A stretch of DNA of 64,000 nt from Nitrospirota bacterium. GTDB lineage: Bacteria; Nitrospirota; UBA9217. A model generated the notes under the pieces. The model was not told the DNA's origin. It did no database searches and saw only the letters and a program-made list of their open reading frames with translations. Where the stretch lies: contig JBARBN010000009.1 of the NCBI GenBank assembly GCA_049793155.1, forward strand, positions 34,268 through 98,267, read 5' to 3'. Positions 58,561 through 64,000 of the stretch are shown here, piece by piece. The translations under genes were made by a program, and so were the position numbers. Every line of letters starts with the position of its first letter. The stretch's first letter is position 1.

Positions 58561-59082
58561 ATGGCCACAACGAAAAAAGCTATAAAAGTAAAATCGAAGA
58601 AGACAAAGAAGGCCGTCGCGAGACCTAAAGCAAAACCTGTTCAGGCGGCAAAGAAGCGGGGAGATGGCGAGTTTACGGCAAAGACCGGGATCGAGATCAC
58701 TGCTACATTCCAGGACGCCATCGGCTTGACGGCGCGATTGGCTGCAGCCGTGGCCGCGGAGAACGTGAATATTCTTGCCGCAACCGGCTACTCGGCCAGC
58801 AGTGAACGCAGGAATGCCACCTTTACGCTCGTCGTGGACGATTTCGCCAAGGCGGAGAGGGCTTTGGAAAGGGTCGGCGCGGAGGAGATCCACGAGTCAT
58901 CGGTCATCATGGTCGAGACCCCGAACAAACCGGGCTCCCTGGAGAGGATCGCGAAGATCATTTCGGATGCGGGGATCAATATCTACTATTTCTACGCCAC
59001 GACAAGCTCGGGGAAAACGGCGACCTCGGTAATCAAGACCGCCGACGACAAAAAGGCGATCAAGGCGCTGCACGCCGCGTAG
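58561..59082 (+). CDS. Tandem ACT-domain protein with Lys/Ala/Pro-rich histone H1-like N-terminal tail.
   Basis: Residues 1-35 read KKAIKVKSKKTKKAVARPKAKPVQAAKKRGD; then two ACT-like beta-alpha-beta-beta-alpha-beta units (VIMVETPNKPGSLERIAKIISDAGINI). Confidence 0.5.
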   Translation: MATTKKAIKVKSKKTKKAVARPKAKPVQAAKKRGDGEFTAKTGIEITATFQDAIGLTARLAAAVAAENVNILAATGYSASSERRNATFTLVVDDFAKAERALERVGAEEIHESSVIMVETPNKPGSLERIAKIISDAGINIYYFYATTSSGKTATSVIKTADDKKAIKALHAA

Positions 59083-59123
59083 CCTGCCCGAGAAGGGTCT
59101 TCCATCGTCCAGGGACCATCGCG

Positions 59124-60833
59124 TCACGTTTTGATCTTGTATTTACGTATTTTGTAGTAAAGGCTCCGGACCGCTGTGCCCAGGAGTTGAGCGGCCTGTT
59201 CGCGGTTCCCCTTTGCTTCGCGGAGCGCCTGCTCGATGGCGGCCTTCTCAGCCACCGCAATCACCGAGCCCAGGGGTTTAACGGGACCCGGCGCCGAGCC
59301 CGGCGGAATGACCTGGCTGTTCCGCTCACACTCAAGGAGAGGCAGATGGACCGCCCCGATGGCCCTTTCAGCCGGTTTCATATTGATCATCGCACGCCCG
59401 ATCAAGTTCTGGAGCTCGCGCACGTTTCCCGGCCACTGATACTCTCTTAACCTCTCCATTGCATCATCATCGATCCGCTCAACCTGCCGCCCATAGTCCA
59501 GGTTCAGCTTCATGATGATATTGGCGGTGAGTACGGGCAGGTCGTCCTTGATGTCCCGGAGCGGAGGGATCCAGATGGGCAGCACGTTCAGGCGATAGTA
59601 CAGGTCTTCGCGGAAGGCATGTTCCTTGATCTTCTGCTCCAGATTTGCATTGGTCGCGGCAATGATCCGGACATCCACGGGAACGGGAACGGTGCTTCCG
59701 ACCTTCATGATCTCCTTTTCCTGCAACACCCGGAGCAGCTTCTGCTGGATCGCGAGCGTGATGTCGCCGATCTCGTCCAGGAAAAGGGTGCCTCTGTCCG
59801 CCTCTTCGAAAAGACCCCGCTTGCCGCCCTTCATCGTGCCGGTGAAGGCGCCTTCCTCATGGCCGAAAAGCTCGCTCTCCAAAAGCTGCTCGGGAAGGGC
59901 CGTGCAGTTCACGCGCACGAACTGGCCCCGGCTCCTGCTGCTCGCGTTATGGATCGCGTGGGCAAAGAGTTCCTTGCCTGTCCCGCTCTCGCCCCGGAGC
60001 AGCACGGTGGCCGGCGTCTCGGCAGCGCGCATGGCATGCGTCTTCGCCGCGGACAATGCCGCGGCCGTGCCCACGATATCGTCCCACGTGTAGCGGGCCT
60101 CTAGCCGGCGGATGAGCTTTTTCGCATGGGCCAGCTCCGAGGTCAGCGCCATGAGCTCGGAGATGTCGCGGATCACGCCCACACTTCCGCGGACCTTGCC
60201 GTCGATGAATATGGGCGCTACGTTGACGATCACCTCTTTTTTCGCGGGCCCGACCTTCATCCGGACGTTCCGCACCGGCCTGCCGGTCCTGAGGATCTGC
60301 AGATGCATGCTCTCGCCCTCAGCGATGTCTATGGTGACGGGCTTGTTCAGCACCGCCTCTTTCGGAAGGCCGGTTATCTTCGTGTACGCAGAATTGACGA
60401 TAATATTGTTTCCCTGCTCGTCCGCCACGGAAATTGCGTCCTCCGTAGCGTCTATCACCGCCTCTAAAAGGTTCCGCGCCTTCCAAAGGTCGGACACCTG
60501 TTCCGTGAGCGTCGTGATCTCGGTGATGTCCCGGAACACTGCTACGGCGCCCACGACCCCGCCCTTATCGTTTCGGAGCGGGACCCGGTTCGTGATGATA
60601 GCGGTCTGACCGATCGTCTGCTGCTGGTTCAGCTCGGCCTCGCCCCAGGCAAGGACGAGATGCAAACGTGTATTCGGGACGACATCAACGGCCTTGCGCC
60701 CCAAAATACCGCCGGCCTTCAGGCCGGTAATGCGTTCCGCCGACTTGTTGAAGAGGATGACGACGCCTTTTTCATCGACGGCGATCATGCCGTCGTGGGT
60801 CGAGTCCAATATCTTGTCCAGTTGATCTTTCAT
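59124..60833 (-). CDS. Sigma-54-dependent transcriptional regulator with two N-terminal PAS domains.
   Basis: [28 protein letters not shown]-terminal HTH. Confidence 0.85.
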   Translation of the reverse strand: MKDQLDKILDSTHDGMIAVDEKGVVILFNKSAERITGLKAGGILGRKAVDVVPNTRLHLVLAWGEAELNQQQTIGQTAIITNRVPLRNDKGGVVGAVAVFRDITEITTLTEQVSDLWKARNLLEAVIDATEDAISVADEQGNNIIVNSAYTKITGLPKEAVLNKPVTIDIAEGESMHLQILRTGRPVRNVRMKVGPAKKEVIVNVAPIFIDGKVRGSVGVIRDISELMALTSELAHAKKLIRRLEARYTWDDIVGTAAALSAAKTHAMRAAETPATVLLRGESGTGKELFAHAIHNASSRSRGQFVRVNCTALPEQLLESELFGHEEGAFTGTMKGGKRGLFEEADRGTLFLDEIGDITLAIQQKLLRVLQEKEIMKVGSTVPVPVDVRIIAATNANLEQKIKEHAFREDLYYRLNVLPIWIPPLRDIKDDLPVLTANIIMKLNLDYGRQVERIDDDAMERLREYQWPGNVRELQNLIGRAMINMKPAERAIGAVHLPLLECERNSQVIPPGSAPGPVKPLGSVIAVAEKAAIEQALREAKGNREQAAQLLGTAVRSLYYKIRKYKIKT

Positions 60834-60892
60834 GTCCGATCGTGAAGCGCCCTCAGCGGTCGAGTTCCTGAGTTGTTAAGATTCTCGCTCTT

Positions 60893-60928
60893 TAGACTCT
60901 ATGGACTCTACAGACCCTATAGACTCAT
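60893..60928. repeat. Four tandem degenerate 9-bp repeats upstream of the PAS/sigma-54 regulator gene.
   Basis: TAGACTCTA TGGACTCTA CAGACCCTA TAGACTCAT, lying 60-95 nt upstream of the regulator start codon. Confidence 0.5.
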
Positions 60929-61353
60929 TGTCGGGCGCGAACAGCTCATATTACCCTAAGCATATAAAAAGTTCAATCAGGATAAGGAAAGCACGATCCC
61001 TCTCTGTACGCGGGCCACAATATTGATATTGCATGACCACAGGTGTTGCAAGCACTATCTTCAAATAAAATTAGTAAACACCTCTAGATAAAACCCGCAC
61101 AGAGATTTTGAATCCTTTCTTCCGTGCCGGGTAAATAACCCTTTCCTTAGCCTGCCTGTTCAGCCCTTTCCCGATAAGCATAGACTGCTGTTTTAAAGAA
61201 GCAAGAACAATAAAATGGCATGAGATGTTCCGACAGAGGGGTGCGGGTAGGTGCGGGGTCAAATCGTCTCCATTTATTAACAGAGAAACGGTATTTATGA
61301 TGTATTAATACGGATAGGAGTCGAATAAAATAGAATTTTTTCCGGTAAAGATT

Positions 61354-61782
61354 CTAAAGATCCCCTTCAAGGCTCTTTTCAGTCTGCACTATGATCTCCG
61401 TCGCCATGGCCTTGTCCTTAACGAAAACCCCCTTTTTAGCGTTAACCTCGATGTTCGTCACGGTCGGCGTTACCTTTTCAAGGTAGATGTATATAGCAAG
61501 ATTAGCGGTGGCCGCCGTAACGCTGACTGTTCCCTCCGTTGCTTTATGCTTTGTCTCTTTTATGTCCATCTTTTTAAGCGCCTTATTGAGCGCGGCATCG
61601 ACTGCGGCAACAGGGTAGCTGATGGTCTTGTATACGTTGTTCGAGAATGTATAATTTACGCCGGCTGTGCCGCCGCTCACCGCTGCGGGGCCGGCCAAAC
61701 CCAGCACAGCGCAACCTGAAGATGCCACGACGATGTATAAAAGGATGGACAGTTTAAAATAGCTCTTTAATAAGTTTGGCAT
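61354..61782 (-). CDS. DUF3568-family lipoprotein.
   Basis: Lipobox VVASSGC; conserved YKTISYP...AALNKALKKMDI region. Confidence 0.5.
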   Translation of the reverse strand: MPNLLKSYFKLSILLYIVVASSGCAVLGLAGPAAVSGGTAGVNYTFSNNVYKTISYPVAAVDAALNKALKKMDIKETKHKATEGTVSVTAATANLAIYIYLEKVTPTVTNIEVNAKKGVFVKDKAMATEIIVQTEKSLEGDL

Positions 61783-62086
61783 GGCGGCTTTTGAATCAAA
61801 CTGTTTCTCCGTTCAAAAAGATACTTAAGTATAGCAGAAATTCCATGTAGTCAGTCTCATGAGAATTGATAATACACTGGGCCGGCACGTACGAGAGGGG
61901 ATGATTACGAGGTCGATTCTTGACAGGTTGTGAAAAACACTACTTCAACTAAGCACTGTTGTTGATTGAACCATGATCGAGGCGGCGCTTTTCCACGACT
62001 GGACAGAGTAATTCTCAAAAAAGAATCTGCTTCCTCGTCTCTTTTGCGTTTTACCGATACTCTTAACCGCGGCGAGCCCGCGTGAC

Positions 62087-62503
62087 TTAAAAGCACAACG
62101 ACCCCGTGGCCTGCGAGGTAAGCGTGATGAGGCCCATGGCCCCTGCCGGCTTGACGCCGGGCAGGAGGTCTTGTTCGGTGATATTGTTGTTGGCCATGGT
62201 CTGCGTGCAGCACTGGATCTCCACTCCCATTTCCATCGCCTCGTCGAGCCGCTGCCGCAGGGTGGGGACATTGGGTTGCGGCTTATCCTGCTTCTCGATG
62301 GCGCCCTTGACCATGACGTCCACGGCGGTCTGGACGCAGTACAGGACTGCGCGATAATTTGCTGATGCCGCAAGTGTAGCGAACATGAGCGCCGAGCGCA
62401 CCCGCGGGATGTTCTCGAAACCCGAGGCGCAGAGGATGATGAACATCTTGCCCCGGCCTTTATCTGCTCCACCTAAGGATCCCTGATCAGCACTCGCTTG
62501 CAT
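62087..62503 (-). CDS. DsrE/DsrF-like (TusD-like) family protein.
   Basis: KMFIILCASGFEN...GVEIQCCTQT pattern of the DsrE fold. A GGAGG RBS and TAAATG stop/start junction with the upstream osmC support the 62503 start. An internal Met (62446) is an alternative. Confidence 0.5.
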   Translation of the reverse strand: MQASADQGSLGGADKGRGKMFIILCASGFENIPRVRSALMFATLAASANYRAVLYCVQTAVDVMVKGAIEKQDKPQPNVPTLRQRLDEAMEMGVEIQCCTQTMANNNITEQDLLPGVKPAGAMGLITLTSQATGSLCF

Positions 62504-63031
62504 TTACACCTCCAGTGTCGCCTTTATGGCGACCGGGCGGGAAAGCGTCACGCCAACCGGCGAGGTGGCTATTACATGCTGATGGAGAGCGTCAAGCGTT
62601 TTCTTGTCCGTCTTTGATTTCACCTTCACGGTGACGGTGATGTTCTTGAACCCCGGGAGTTTGGCCATCTTGAGATTTTCCGGCGCTTCAAGCCCCAGGA
62701 ACCCCGGAAGGTCGATCTCGCCTTCGAGGTCGATCCTGATGTCATCGAGCACGATCCCGCGTACGGCGGCGTTCATTGCATAACCGATGGTCAGACAGGC
62801 GCCGTAGGCCTGCAGGACCATTTCCACGGGATTGGCGGCCATGTTGGTACCGCACAGCATCTCGGGTTCATCCGCAAGCAGCGTGAAATCCCGGGAGCAG
62901 GTTTCGACCTTGAATCCGCCCTTCCATGAGGTCGTCGCTTTCCAGACAGTCTTGCCTTTTTCCCAGTTCTGCTTCACTGCCCCGACTACATTCATAAGAT
63001 TGTCTACATCGAGTCCGTTCACTACGGTCAT
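62504..63031 (-). CDS. OsmC/Ohr family peroxiredoxin-like protein.
   Basis: OsmC fold with two conserved Cys (ETCSRD; AYGACLTIG). AAAGGAGG RBS before MTVVNG. The ORF-track start at 63103 is an extension. Confidence 0.65.
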   Translation of the reverse strand: MTVVNGLDVDNLMNVVGAVKQNWEKGKTVWKATTSWKGGFKVETCSRDFTLLADEPEMLCGTNMAANPVEMVLQAYGACLTIGYAMNAAVRGIVLDDIRIDLEGEIDLPGFLGLEAPENLKMAKLPGFKNITVTVKVKSKTDKKTLDALHQHVIATSPVGVTLSRPVAIKATLEV

Positions 63032-63107
63032 GGCCAGTCCTCCTTTTATCCGTGTTCTGCGATTTATGAATGCATCTGAAAACTTTTCCCTTGAGCAGGT
63101 CAAAAGG

Positions 63108-64000
63108 TCACGAGGATGAACAGGAGGCTATCTTTTGGAGAATAGCCTCATTCTCGAGCCCTTCCCCGATGACCACCAGTCTGCTCTCCTTGATGTCCGT
63201 TTCAAAGCGGACCCTGTCGACCTTGCCGTAAGTGCTGTCAAATCGATACGGTCCCTCCCGCGTGCCGACCAGCGCCTTTGCCCGGGCCAATGACCCGAAG
63301 CGTCCTTTCGCCAGATCATCGAAGAATGCCGTGAAAGCCTCGAGCACCGGCCTGTTCGTGATCGCGAAGGACATTGTCTGGAAGCGAAAATGCCCCTGCG
63401 ACTTGAACTGCAGTTCCTTGTCGGGTCCACGAAATTTCCCCCTCACCCCGGTCGACTCTATCCGGGGAAGAGGATGCGTTGGTTCCGCATTTTGCGTGCG
63501 AAGCACGATTGCCCGGGGATTGATGGATGCGATCAATCGCTCCGCCGCCGCGATGGCGGCCTCGCCGGCAAGGTCCGTCTTGTTCACCAGGATCACATCG
63601 GAGTTCTCGATCTGGTCCCGGAAAAAGCTGCCGTACATCCCGGAGCCATAAAGCTCAACGAACTCTGTTACATCGACCATGCCGATGACCGATGCGGGGC
63701 CGGCCCCCGCGCTCTCGAGCGCCTCCAGGACTCCCGATGGAGATGCTACGCCGCTCGGCTCGATCAGCAGGTGCTCGGGCGCGAACTGCTTTACGATGCG
63801 CCGGATGGTCGTGATGAGATCGTACTTGAGGGTGCAGCAGACGCAACCGCTCGGAAGCTCTACTGACTCGATGCCTCCTGAGGAGAAAATCTCGCCGTCG
63901 ATCCCGGCCGCGCCAAAGTCGTTCACCAGCACAACGGTCTTCTCACCGCCCGGTTTCACAAAGCTCCGGATGAACGTTGTTTTGCCTGATCCCAGCAATC
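63108..64000 (-). CDS. CobW/COG0523-family metallochaperone GTPase (5' end outside the window).
   Basis: GSGKTT P-loop at the window edge, CxCC motif (GCVCCT), NKTDL G4 motif, C-terminal CobW_C-like region. Confidence 0.75.
   Translation of the reverse strand, partial: LLGSGKTTFIRSFVKPGGEKTVVLVNDFGAAGIDGEIFSSGGIESVELPSGCVCCTLKYDLITTIRRIVKQFAPEHLLIEPSGVASPSGVLEALESAGAGPASVIGMVDVTEFVELYGSGMYGSFFRDQIENSDVILVNKTDLAGEAAIAAAERLIASINPRAIVLRTQNAEPTHPLPRIESTGVRGKFRGPDKELQFKSQGHFRFQTMSFAITNRPVLEAFTAFFDDLAKGRFGSLARAKALVGTREGPYRFDSTYGKVDRVRFETDIKESRLVVIGEGLENEAILQKIASCSSS

Noticed and set aside
60893-60928. Short tandem repeats as a CRISPR array.
   Set aside because: The units are 9 bp, contiguous and without spacers. 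No cas genes are present, and no CRISPR-like repeat-spacer architecture occurs anywhere in the window.

Overview
This 64 kb window is high-GC bacterial chromosome with housekeeping gene content. Four sigma-54 enhancer-binding proteins, many universal-stress-protein (USP) genes, cytochrome c', TauE, DsrE-like and rhodanese genes suggest a Deltaproteobacteria- or Nitrospirota-like anaerobe. No CRISPR array, rRNA gene, transposase, integrase, or recognisable defence system was found.

Left to right, the window holds:
- capA (partial), a surA-like gene, rlmI, tRNA-Val, an uncharacterised Fe-S protein, cspA, a PilZ protein, a DUF3108 protein, cytochrome c', dksA, a GAF/HD-GYP phosphodiesterase and an Smr protein.
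- tRNA-Gln and tRNA-Glu behind a consensus sigma-70 promoter, then a tandem USP gene.
- A lower-GC stretch (about 12.4-21.5 kb) that is rich in sigma-54 and USP genes. It holds a sigma-54 regulator, a GntR/UTRA regulator, a TauE-type permease with an unknown membrane partner, a USP, a sensor kinase/sigma-54 response-regulator pair, and two USP-like paralogs.
- An aconitase-family gene, bfr, a USP, ilvE, tRNA-Leu, an SH3/NlpC-P60/DUF1460 peptidase and comM.
- The origin-proximal cassette rsmG - (Clp1-like polynucleotide kinase flanked by two variant parS palindromes) - parA - parB - bactofilin, then vapBC, purL, a J-domain protein, rlpA, a Dabb protein, a rhodanese, and yqjD/yqjE-like genes.
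- An NMT1-like binding protein, a PAS/GAF kinase with a sigma-54 response regulator, a complete methylcitrate-cycle operon (prpB-prpC-prpD-acnA-prpE), and an acetolactate-synthase-like TPP enzyme with an ACT protein and a PAS/sigma-54 regulator.
- A DUF3568 lipoprotein and a cobW-osmC-dsrE-like operon (cobW partial).

The most novel-looking content is in the lower-GC stretch. Two paralogous unannotated ~45 aa proteins share an N-terminal motif and synonymous-site divergence, and two paralogous ~70 aa membrane proteins sit beside them. These are tied to sigma-54 promoters and USP paralogs. Also notable are the symmetric parS variant (TGTTCCACGTGGAACA) bracketing an unusual Clp1-family kinase insertion between rsmG and parA, and a histone-tail ACT protein.
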